Assembly: GCA_016794165.1 (NCBI GenBank)
Contig: JAEUKV010000043.1
Span: forward strand, 26-64,025
Origin: Rhodospirillaceae bacterium
GTDB lineage: Bacteria > Pseudomonadota > Alphaproteobacteria > Dongiales > Dongiaceae
DNA length: 64,000 bases
Direction: 5' to 3'
The position numbers and the translations under genes were made by a program. This document shows, piece by piece, positions 19,559 through 27,667 of this stretch; the first letter of the stretch is position 1, and each line of letters opens with the position of its first letter. The notes under the pieces are model-generated. The model did not search any database. It saw nothing but the letters and a program-made list of their open reading frames with translations, and was not told the origin of the DNA.

Positions 19559-20455
19559 ATGTCGAATGGGGCGGTCGCCACGCAGCGTCTCGGTACCGTG
19601 CTGGTGGTCGCCGCCGCGATCTGCTGGAGCCTTGGCGGACTGATCGCAAGGCAGATCGCGCTCGATCCCTGGACCATTGTCGCCTGGCGCGGCACCATCG
19701 CTGCCGTCACGCTGCTGCTGTTCCTGCTCTATCGGGACCGCGGCAATACCTGGGCACTGTTCCGCGATATGGGATTGGGCGGAATTGGCGTCGCCATCTG
19801 CTTCGCCGCCGCCTCGATCTCCTTTGTCATCGCCCTGCAACACGCCACCGTGGCGCTGATCCTGGTGGTACAGTCGACCGCGCCGCTGATTGCCGGGCTG
19901 ATCGCCTGGATATGGATGGGCGAGAAACTAACCTGGGCGCGAATCCTCGCCATGGCAGTGGCCTTCGCCGGCATCCTGCTGATGGTGGGAAAGGCCGAGG
20001 GCCATGCCGACGCGCTGGGCATGACGCTCTCGGTGGTCATCGCCTTCAGCTTTGCCGTCGCCACAGTCCTCACCCGGCGCTATGCCCATGTCCGCATGAC
20101 ACCGGCAACCTGCCTCGGCACCGCGCTCATGGGAGCGATTGGATTCATCATGGCCGGCGGCACGGTATTCGAGATCGACGGCACGGACTTTTTCTATCTC
20201 TTCCTCTTCGGCGCCGTGCAACTGGCAATCGGCCTCATTCTCTTCACCACAGGGGCGCGGCACATCCCGGCGGCGCAGGCGGCCCTGCTCTCCCTCGTCG
20301 AAACCGTCCTTGGCGCCTTCTGGGTGTTCCTGTTCCTGGGCGAGAACCCCGGGATTTACGCACTCTATGGCGGCACCCTGGTGCTGGGCGCCGTGGCGGC
20401 GAACACGCTCTACGACCAGCGCCGCGTCGCGCGCCAGCCGCTCAATGTGGCCTGA
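19559..20455 (+). CDS. DMT/EamA family transporter
   Basis: 298 aa, about 10 TM, two EamA repeats. Confidence 0.88.
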   Translation: MSNGAVATQRLGTVLVVAAAICWSLGGLIARQIALDPWTIVAWRGTIAAVTLLLFLLYRDRGNTWALFRDMGLGGIGVAICFAAASISFVIALQHATVALILVVQSTAPLIAGLIAWIWMGEKLTWARILAMAVAFAGILLMVGKAEGHADALGMTLSVVIAFSFAVATVLTRRYAHVRMTPATCLGTALMGAIGFIMAGGTVFEIDGTDFFYLFLFGAVQLAIGLILFTTGARHIPAAQAALLSLVETVLGAFWVFLFLGENPGIYALYGGTLVLGAVAANTLYDQRRVARQPLNVA

Positions 20456-20479
20456 GTTCGCACGACGAGGGGCCACTTC

Positions 20480-21706
20480 ATGACCGGTGGTTCGCCCCGA
20501 CCGGGCCTTTCCCCAATTCTGCGCGCGCTGGGTCCGTTCGCCGCCGGATATTTCACCTCCTACCTGTTTCGCGTGGTTAACGCGGCCATCTCCGACGATC
20601 TCATTGGCGAGCTTGGACTCAACAATACCGATCTCGGCTTCATGACGGCGATGTACCTCTACGGCTTCGTGCTCTTTCAGCTGCCACTCGGCTTGCTGCT
20701 CGACCGCTTCGGGCCGCGTCTGGTTCAGAGCGGCCTGTTGCTGGTGGCCGCGACCGGGGCTGCCTGGTTCGCCCTCGGCACGGATACGTTCAGTCTCGCT
20801 GCAGCGCGACTCCTGATCGGCATGGGGCTCGGTGGCTGCCTGATGTCGGCGTTCAAGGCCAATGCCATGTGGCTGCCGCCGGAGAGGCTGGCACTCGGCA
20901 ACTCGAGCATGGTGACCTTTGGCGCACTCGGCTTTCTGGCCGGCAGCTATCCCGCCAATTTTCTCGCCGACCTCATCGGCTGGCGACCGCTCTTCTTTGT
21001 ACTGACGGCTTTCACCCTTGCCGTCGCGGCGACCATCTTCTTCGTCGTGCCGAAGCGGCCGGACGACCATCGCCCGGTGGCGCTGTCGATCCAGTTGGCG
21101 GGCTATTGGGGCGTGTTCAAGGACCCTGTCTTCTGGCGCGTGGCCCCGATGGTCGCCGCCATTTCCGGTACCTTCATCGCCACTCAGACCTTATGGGCAA
21201 CGCGCTGGATGACCGATGTCCTGGGGCTCGACCAACAGGCGGCCAACCAGCAATTGATGGTCCTGGGCCTCGCCTTCGCCATCGGGTCGCTCTCGACCGG
21301 AGTCATCGCCGACCGGGTACAGCGCCGGGGCGTCGGCCTGAAGACAGTGGTAGCCGCCGCATTCTCCCTCTTCGCCCTCGCCCAGCTGGCAATGATCCTT
21401 GCCGTGCCGGTGCCGCTGCCCGTTATCTGGATCATCTACGGCCTGACCGGCCAGGCCGCCAATCTCGGCTATGCGACGCTGGCCAATCACTTCGGCCGCG
21501 ATCTTGCGGGACGCGCGCAATCGGCGGCCAACCTGCTGCTGTTTCTCGCCTCCGCCCTTTTCCAGTCCGGCACCGGCTGGGTGCTCGACCGCATGAACGG
21601 CCTGGGTCATGACTGGGGCTACCCGCTCGCCTTCGGTGGCCTGCTGGTGCTGCAGGTCGCCGCCTTCCTGTGGTACGCCGCCGGCCGCTACACAGCGGCG
21701 CGCTGA
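20480..21706 (+). CDS. MFS transporter
   Basis: GLLLDRFGPR motif A, about 12 TM. Confidence 0.9.
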   Translation: MTGGSPRPGLSPILRALGPFAAGYFTSYLFRVVNAAISDDLIGELGLNNTDLGFMTAMYLYGFVLFQLPLGLLLDRFGPRLVQSGLLLVAATGAAWFALGTDTFSLAAARLLIGMGLGGCLMSAFKANAMWLPPERLALGNSSMVTFGALGFLAGSYPANFLADLIGWRPLFFVLTAFTLAVAATIFFVVPKRPDDHRPVALSIQLAGYWGVFKDPVFWRVAPMVAAISGTFIATQTLWATRWMTDVLGLDQQAANQQLMVLGLAFAIGSLSTGVIADRVQRRGVGLKTVVAAAFSLFALAQLAMILAVPVPLPVIWIIYGLTGQAANLGYATLANHFGRDLAGRAQSAANLLLFLASALFQSGTGWVLDRMNGLGHDWGYPLAFGGLLVLQVAAFLWYAAGRYTAAR

Positions 21707-22134
21707 CGCCTGGTCCAGGCCGACAGCGCCCAATCGAGCGACAGGCGGCCGGCCCCGTTGCGAATGAGGAATAGCAGCGCCACCGCCCAGACCGCATGCG
21801 TATCGAAGGCATTGGGATAGACGAAGACCTGGATCACCAGGGTCATGCCGAAGAGGCCGAGCGCGGCGAAACGCGTCGCCAGGCCCGCAAACAGCAGGAA
21901 CGGCAGGGTGAGTTCCGCGCCCATGGCGAGCGGTGCCGCCAGTTCGGGCGGCAGGAACGGCAGCCGGTATTCGCTTTCGAACAGGGCAAGGGTAAGGCCG
22001 CTATCCCAGCCGTCGAGCTTGAGCAGGCCGGAGCGCAGAAAGATGGCGCCGATGCCCAGCCGCGCCAGCACGGCGATGAGGTCGTTGGGCACGCGTTCGA
22101 ACAGGTCGATCAGTCGTCGAATGACGTCGGTCAT
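21688..22134 (-). CDS. bufD: DoxX family membrane protein (bufferin locus)
   Basis: LARLGIGAIFLRSG, AELTLPFLLFAGLATRFAAL, GAGRLSLD; last gene of the DUF692 operon. Confidence 0.85.
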   Translation of the reverse strand: MTDVIRRLIDLFERVPNDLIAVLARLGIGAIFLRSGLLKLDGWDSGLTLALFESEYRLPFLPPELAAPLAMGAELTLPFLLFAGLATRFAALGLFGMTLVIQVFVYPNAFDTHAVWAVALLFLIRNGAGRLSLDWALSAWTRRQRAAV

Positions 22135-22146
22135 GATGGTCGTTTC

Positions 22147-22938
22147 CTAGTTTGAGCTGGAATGGCCCGGTGCGAAGCCGGTGATGGCGCCCCCCCGAAA
22201 GAGGGCCGCCAATGTAAGGGTCAGGTCGAAATCGAGATCGCGCGCCGCCGCCAGTGCGGCGGCATCGCCCAGGGTTCGGCCTTCTTGCAGGGCGGCGATC
22301 AACACATCGCCCGCCGGTGGCAGATCGAGCAGCAATACCTGACGATGTGGGCGGACGATCAACACGGATTCGCCGGCACTGTCAGCCAGGACTGGCTGGA
22401 GATCGGGCGCGACGGCATTGGCCCGCCAGATCGACGCCACGGGATAGGCCGAAGACAGCGCAGTCGCCGTCGGATGCAGGGTGAAGCGCAACTCGGCCAT
22501 GGCGGAGGGAGCCAGCCTAGCCAGGGGCGAGAGGTCGGCGGGCACCGCATCGGCACCGTGCGCCGCGAGGTGCCGCAGCCATTCCAGCCGCGCGATGTCA
22601 GCGAGATAGGGCAAGGCGCCAACCGCGTCGAACTCCTTTAGAAACGCCGCGAAGGCACCGCCATATTCCATGATCACCGGCGAGACCGGCGGGTGCCGGC
22701 GAATGAAGATCGCCGCCATATCGGCGAAGAACGCTTCCCCCACCAGACGGACCACCACGGGAAAACGCGCCCGCAGCGCTGCGGTGAGGCTGGCAAAGAT
22801 GTTGTTGCGATGAATGTCGAAACGATCGGCGGCGGGCCTGCCTGCACGGCCGATGACCCCCGCGGGCCGGGGCAATCGCGCATCCCACAGGGCGCGCGCA
22901 AAACCTGCTTCGCTATTCAAGGAGTCAGGCGACGTCAC
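22147..22938 (-). CDS. bufC: DUF2063 (HvfC/BufC-type) RiPP-modification partner
   Basis: RFDIHRNNIFASL..AL...FP.V..LVG..FF; follows DUF692. Confidence 0.85.
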   Translation of the reverse strand: MTSPDSLNSEAGFARALWDARLPRPAGVIGRAGRPAADRFDIHRNNIFASLTAALRARFPVVVRLVGEAFFADMAAIFIRRHPPVSPVIMEYGGAFAAFLKEFDAVGALPYLADIARLEWLRHLAAHGADAVPADLSPLARLAPSAMAELRFTLHPTATALSSAYPVASIWRANAVAPDLQPVLADSAGESVLIVRPHRQVLLLDLPPAGDVLIAALQEGRTLGDAAALAAARDLDFDLTLTLAALFRGGAITGFAPGHSSSN

Positions 22939-23830
22939 GGCCGCCTCCTCTTTCGTGAACCCGATCGACGATGGATTGCGCGCGCCGCGCCTCCGCCAGC
23001 AGTATCGGCCAATCGGGGAGATCGCTGTCCCATTCGATCAGCACCGGAACCGGCGGCAGGTGCTCGACCATGCGGGCAAAAAGCCGCCAGACCGGATCCG
23101 CGACGGGCCGGTCATGGGCATCGATCAGGACCGGCAAGCCGTCCCGGTCGAATTCCGGGGCGTGGCCGGCAAGATGGATTTCCATCACCGCCGCGCGCGG
23201 GAAGCTGGCGAGATAGGCCAGCGGATCCGTACCGGCATTCATGCACGAGACATAGACGTTGTTGAGATCGAGCAGCAATCCGCAGCCGCTCCGCGCCGCC
23301 AGTTCCGCCAGAAACGCGGTCTCCGGCATCTCGCTTGCCTCGAAGGCGAGATAGAGGGAGGGGTTCTCGATCAGGATCCGGCGACCCAGAGCCTCCTGGG
23401 TTTCGCCGACATGGTCGATCATGCGCGCCAGGTTTTCGCGGGTGTAAGGCAGCGGCAGCAGATCGTTGAGATAGTGGCCGCCGTGACTGGACCAGGCCAG
23501 GTGTTCGGAAAAGAGCCCGGGCTGATAGCGCGCGGCCAGCGCGCGCAGGCGCTGGAGATGGGCGGCGTCGGGGCGCTCCTCGCCACCCAGGGAAAGGCCG
23601 ACACCGTGGAAGGAGAGCGGCATCCGTTCCCGTACCTGGGTCAGGTAGTGATGCTGCGGCCCCCCGGCGCAGAGATAGTTTTCCGGATGCACTTCGACCC
23701 AGGCGATCTGGCCGGGATCGGCGAGCACATCCGCGTAATGCCGCGGCCGCAGCCCGACCCCGGCCAGCATGGGTATCTGGCCGGGGCACGGGGCGATGCC
23801 GCCATGCCGGGGAGGGACCGGGACGGGCAC
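22925..23830 (-). CDS. bufB: DUF692 multinuclear non-heme iron oxidative enzyme (MNIO)
   Basis: GVGLR, EVHPENY, HGVGLSLG, SEHLAWS, DLLPLPYT, IENPS, LDLNN, EIHLAGH, IDAH, IEWD. Confidence 0.95.
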   Translation of the reverse strand: MPVPVPPRHGGIAPCPGQIPMLAGVGLRPRHYADVLADPGQIAWVEVHPENYLCAGGPQHHYLTQVRERMPLSFHGVGLSLGGEERPDAAHLQRLRALAARYQPGLFSEHLAWSSHGGHYLNDLLPLPYTRENLARMIDHVGETQEALGRRILIENPSLYLAFEASEMPETAFLAELAARSGCGLLLDLNNVYVSCMNAGTDPLAYLASFPRAAVMEIHLAGHAPEFDRDGLPVLIDAHDRPVADPVWRLFARMVEHLPPVPVLIEWDSDLPDWPILLAEARRAQSIVDRVHERGGGRDVA

Positions 23831-23842
23831 CGACTTTACGCC

Positions 23843-24130
23843 TCAGGAGCCGATCGGCTCGAGCGAACCGGCGCGGGTGCTGCCGTCCGGCAGGGTCACC
23901 ATGGTGGTAGCGCAGGAACCGGCCGGAACCAGTTTCCAAGCAGCCTTGTCATAGTCGATCTTGGAGGTGCCAGCGCAGGAATTGCCGCCGGCCGAGGCAC
24001 AGTCGTTCTGGCCAGCCAGGGAGATACCATAGCATTTTTCGGTGCCTTCGGCGGCGGCCGGCGCGGCCGAAAGCGCCAGCGCGGAAAGCAGGGAACCGGC
24101 GATGGCGAGGCCGGCGGTACGACGATTCAT
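23843..24130 (-). CDS. bufA1: DUF2282 secreted four-Cys precursor peptide (bufferin BufA1 type)
   Basis: Signal peptide then EKCYGISLAGQNDC...SCAGTS..DY...W..VP.GSC; GAGG RBS before ATG 24130. Confidence 0.9.
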   Translation of the reverse strand: MNRRTAGLAIAGSLLSALALSAAPAAAEGTEKCYGISLAGQNDCASAGGNSCAGTSKIDYDKAAWKLVPAGSCATTMVTLPDGSTRAGSLEPIGS

Positions 24131-24178
24131 GTTAATCCTCACTTGTTGAGAGAGCCGGAAATGGCTTACAGCGGGTGT

Positions 24179-24204
24179 TACGGCGGGTATCGCGGAGCTG
24201 TTAC
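24179..24204 (-). promoter_or_regulatory. SigF/EcfF-type ECF promoter for the buf operon
   Basis: Minus strand GTAACA (24204-24199), N16, CGTA (24182-24179). Confidence 0.75.
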
Positions 24205-24273
24205 AAGGGTGCTTCCGCGCCGGAGACCGGTTTACCGCGGCTCACCCCTGCGGCATCATCCGGCCGGGAATCT

Positions 24274-24298
24274 GTAACAATCCCGCCGCGGCGCCGTA
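24274..24298 (+). promoter_or_regulatory. SigF/EcfF-type autoregulatory ECF promoter
   Basis: GTAACA (24274-24279), N15, CGTA (24295-24298), just upstream of the sigma gene. Confidence 0.7.
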
Positions 24299-24312
24299 AT
24301 CGGGGAGAAGGT

Positions 24313-24867
24313 GTGAGCGATCTGGAGCAAGAGCTGGCAGGCTGGATGCGTGTCGCCCGGGATGGCGACGAAACAGCCTATCGGCATCTGCTCGGTGCTC
24401 TCGCCGGGTTGTTGCGCGGCTGGGTCCGGCGGGAATTGTCGCGCCAGGGCTACGGCGTCGCAGATGCCGAGGACATCGTGCAGGAAACGTTGCTGGCTGT
24501 TCATCTGAAGCGGGAGACCTGGGATGCCGATCGGGCAATCCTGCCCTGGCTCCGGGCAGTGACCCGGCACAAGCTGATCGACAATCTGCGTCGTCGCGGG
24601 AGACGCATCATGGTGCCGATCGACGATCTGGTGGAGGTCCTGCCAGCACCGGAAGCCGACGAGGGGCTTTCCCCCGCCGCGCTCGACCGGCATCTGGCAA
24701 AATTGCCAAGCGGCCAGGAGAGGGTGGTGCGCGCGATCTCGGTCGATGGACTGAGCATCAGCGAGACGGCGATCACGCTCGCCATGAAGGAAGGCGCGGT
24801 CCGGGTTGCCCTCCATCGCGGCCTCGCGGCCCTTGCCAAAGCAGCCTCGCGCGACGATCCATCATGA
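24313..24867 (+). CDS. sigF: ECF sigma factor (SigF/EcfF type)
   Basis: DAEDIVQETLLAVHLKRETWD, WLRAVTRHKLID, region 4 VRVALHRGL; GTG start after GGGGAGAAG. Confidence 0.88.
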   Translation: MSDLEQELAGWMRVARDGDETAYRHLLGALAGLLRGWVRRELSRQGYGVADAEDIVQETLLAVHLKRETWDADRAILPWLRAVTRHKLIDNLRRRGRRIMVPIDDLVEVLPAPEADEGLSPAALDRHLAKLPSGQERVVRAISVDGLSISETAITLAMKEGAVRVALHRGLAALAKAASRDDPS

Positions 24868-24877
24868 AGCTGGTGAC

Positions 24878-25516
24878 ATGAAAACCGAAGAACTCATTGG
24901 CACCCTGGTTGCCGATCATCACAGGAAACCCCTCGTCACCGGGCGAACCCTTTGCGGCGCAGTACCGCTCGCCCTGCTGGTGTCGGCGTGCCTGTTCGCC
25001 TGGCTGCTGGGCGCGCGCCCGGATTTCGGCGCCGCGCTGACCTCCTGGCGCTATCTGCTCAAGCTCCTGATGGCGGCTGCCATCGCGGCCACGGCAACCG
25101 CATGCCTGCTGCATCTCGCCCGGCCGCAGCATCGCGCGGATTCGGCCTTCCGCTGGCTGCCACTCCTGGCGCTGCCGCTGCTGGCGGGATTTGTTATGGA
25201 GATGGCCGCCCTGCCGAGCGACCGCTGGCTCACGGCGGCGATCGGCAACCAGCCCTATTTCTGCCTGATCTTCGTGCCGCTGCTGTCCCTCGCCCCGCTG
25301 GCGGCGACGCTCTGGGCCCTGCGCCAGGGGGCGCCGCAATCGCCTGGTGCCGGTGGCGCGATGGCCGGCCTGGCCGCGGGCGGGATGGGCGCCGTCGTCT
25401 TCGCCCTTCATTGCGACAACGATTCGCCCTTTTATGTTGCCATCTGGTACCTCGGCGCCATCGGCATCGTGACCCTGCTCGGCACCTTCCTGGGCCGGCG
25501 GGTCCTGCGCTGGTAG
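24878..25516 (+). CDS. nrsF: NrsF (DUF1109) membrane anti-sigma factor
   Basis: MKTEELIG.L.AD start, 6 TM, conserved Cys in YFCLI and ALHC.ND, WY.GAI. Confidence 0.9.
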   Translation: MKTEELIGTLVADHHRKPLVTGRTLCGAVPLALLVSACLFAWLLGARPDFGAALTSWRYLLKLLMAAAIAATATACLLHLARPQHRADSAFRWLPLLALPLLAGFVMEMAALPSDRWLTAAIGNQPYFCLIFVPLLSLAPLAATLWALRQGAPQSPGAGGAMAGLAAGGMGAVVFALHCDNDSPFYVAIWYLGAIGIVTLLGTFLGRRVLRW

Positions 25517-25605
25517 CGTTCCCCTAGAGTTCCGCAAAGGTCCGCCGAGGATTCAGGCCGGCGAACCAATCCGCGGGCCGGTTGGCGCGGCGGCGCCTTT
25601 CGACT

Positions 25606-26340
25606 ATGCTGCCCGCCATGGGAACGACTCAGACACCGATCATCGAACGCTCACTGCGCGCCTTCACGCTGCTTGAGGGCCTGTCCGACGCCGAGCTCAA
25701 AAATCTGGAAGGGCGGTGCCGCTGGCGCAACTGCGACAAGGGCCAGACCATCCTGGACAAGGGGGCGACCTCGCGCGACGTGTTTTTCGTGCTGCGCGGA
25801 GCCGTGGCGGTCGTGACCTTCTCCCCTACCGGCAAGGAAGTGACCCTGGCAACCGTGAGGCCCGGGGAATCCTTCGGCGAACTGGCGGCGATCGACGAGC
25901 AGCCACGTTCGGCCAGCGTCACGGCGATCGAGAAGTCGGAACTGTGCATCATGCCGCCCGACATCTTCCTGGAACTGGTGCGCAGCAACGCGCTCGTCTC
26001 CTTCCGGCTGCTGCAGCGCATGGCACGACTGGTCCGCCAGAGCGGACTGCGCATCATGGAACTCTCGACCCTGCAGGCGGCGCAGCGGGTCTACGCCGAA
26101 TTGCTGCGCATGGCCCAGCCGGAGGCCGCGGTCCCCGGGCTGTGGGTGGTTCGGCCCCTGCCGCCGATGCACGAGATCGCCGGCATGACCAGCACCACGC
26201 GCGAGACCGTCAACCGCGCCATCAGCCAGCTCTATCCCAGCGGCCTCCTCAAGCGGAAAGGTCGCAATCTCTATCTGATGGACCGCAGCAAGCTCGAAGA
26301 ACTGGTGCAGACCCTGCAGGCCCACCACAATCACAAATAG
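25606..26340 (+). CDS. Crp/Fnr family transcriptional regulator
   Basis: cNMP-binding FGELAAIDEQPRSASV plus HTH EIAGMTSTTRETVNR; start 25606 or 25618. Confidence 0.9.
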   Translation: MLPAMGTTQTPIIERSLRAFTLLEGLSDAELKNLEGRCRWRNCDKGQTILDKGATSRDVFFVLRGAVAVVTFSPTGKEVTLATVRPGESFGELAAIDEQPRSASVTAIEKSELCIMPPDIFLELVRSNALVSFRLLQRMARLVRQSGLRIMELSTLQAAQRVYAELLRMAQPEAAVPGLWVVRPLPPMHEIAGMTSTTRETVNRAISQLYPSGLLKRKGRNLYLMDRSKLEELVQTLQAHHNHK

Positions 26341-26544
26341 GCTGGTTTCTGCGGCTTCGTCTTAATCGTTAACGCCGCCCACGGCATCGCCCAAGGCGAT
26401 CACGATTGCGGCAACTGGCAGCAGGCCCCCGCCTTGCCATGGCGGAATGACTGGCGATAATGCCGCCGGTTCCCTATCTCAGGCAGGTCGAAGCGGCCCT
26501 CTGGCCAGATCGGCCGCGGGTCTCAAGAGTATCCGGATACCATC

Positions 26545-27648
26545 ATGCAGCGTTCTTTCGTCATTGCCGGCGCGATCGCCGTGGCCGTTTCGCTCTACGT
26601 CGCCTCGGGATTCGTCTTCCCGCACCGGGATCAGGCCGCGAATGCCGCGCCGGAACCCGGCATCGACGCCGACGCCGGAGCCCCCGTGGCCGACGAGCCG
26701 GCCGCACCCCTGCCCCGCGTCGGGGTCATCGATTCGGTCGCTCGGGAGCGACAGCGGGCCATTGTCCTGCGCGGCCGCAGCGAGGCCGACAGGACCGTCA
26801 CCATCAGCGCGCAGACCACCGGCCAGGTGGAAGAAGTCATGGCCGAAAAGGGTGCCCGGGTCAGTGCCGGCACACCGATCGCGCGCCTCGACGATGCCGA
26901 CCGGCGAGTCAAGCTGGTGGAAGCGACCGCCCTGCTTGCCCAGCGTGAGGAGGAATGGAAGGCCACCTCCGAGCTCAGCGCCAAGGGATACAGCCCCAAG
27001 CTCAGCCTGCCGGATCTCGAAGCCAAGCTGGCTCTGGCGCGTTCGGCGGTGGCGGCCATGCAGGTCGAGATCGCCTACCTCAAAATCGCCGCGCCAATCG
27101 AAGGTGTGCTCAACGAGCGCCATGTCGAGATCGGGAAATACCTGCAGCCAGGCGATCCCGTCGCCACCATCGTCGACCTCGACCCCATTCTGCTGATCGG
27201 CAGCGTGGCGGAACGCGAGGTGCCACACATCATCCTGGGCGCGCCGGCAACCGCGCGCCTGATCGACGGCCAGGAGGTCACCGGCCATGTCCGTTTCGTC
27301 GCGGCCAGCGCCGACGAAACCACCCGTACCTTCCGCGTCGAGATCGCCGCCGACAATGCCGACTATCGCATCCGGCAGGGGCTTTCCGCCGAGATCGTCC
27401 TGCCGATTGCCAGCGAGCCGGCCCATCTCATCTCGCCGGCCTCCCTCACCCTCGACGAAAACGGCCAGGTCGGGGTGAAGACGGTCGATACCGAGAACAC
27501 GGTCGGCTTTCTCCCGGTCCAGGTGATCGGCGAAGACAGCGATGGGCTGTGGATCGCAGGACTTCCGCCGCAGCTCCGCATCATCACGGTCGGGCAGGAA
27601 TTCGTCAAAGTGGGCCAGGTCGTGACTCCCGTCCCGGTCCAGCCCTAA
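26545..27648 (+). CDS. RND efflux periplasmic adaptor subunit
   Basis: N-terminal anchor, lipoyl-like GARVSAGTPIARLD, IAAPIEGV, TRTFRVE. Confidence 0.92.
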   Translation: MQRSFVIAGAIAVAVSLYVASGFVFPHRDQAANAAPEPGIDADAGAPVADEPAAPLPRVGVIDSVARERQRAIVLRGRSEADRTVTISAQTTGQVEEVMAEKGARVSAGTPIARLDDADRRVKLVEATALLAQREEEWKATSELSAKGYSPKLSLPDLEAKLALARSAVAAMQVEIAYLKIAAPIEGVLNERHVEIGKYLQPGDPVATIVDLDPILLIGSVAEREVPHIILGAPATARLIDGQEVTGHVRFVAASADETTRTFRVEIAADNADYRIRQGLSAEIVLPIASEPAHLISPASLTLDENGQVGVKTVDTENTVGFLPVQVIGEDSDGLWIAGLPPQLRIITVGQEFVKVGQVVTPVPVQP

Positions 27649-27667
27649 GCGATACGGGTCCCGATCC

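Noticed and set aside
26362-26373. CtrA site upstream of the RND adaptor (TTAA-TCG-TTAAC)
   Set aside because: Half-site spacing is 3 nt, not 7
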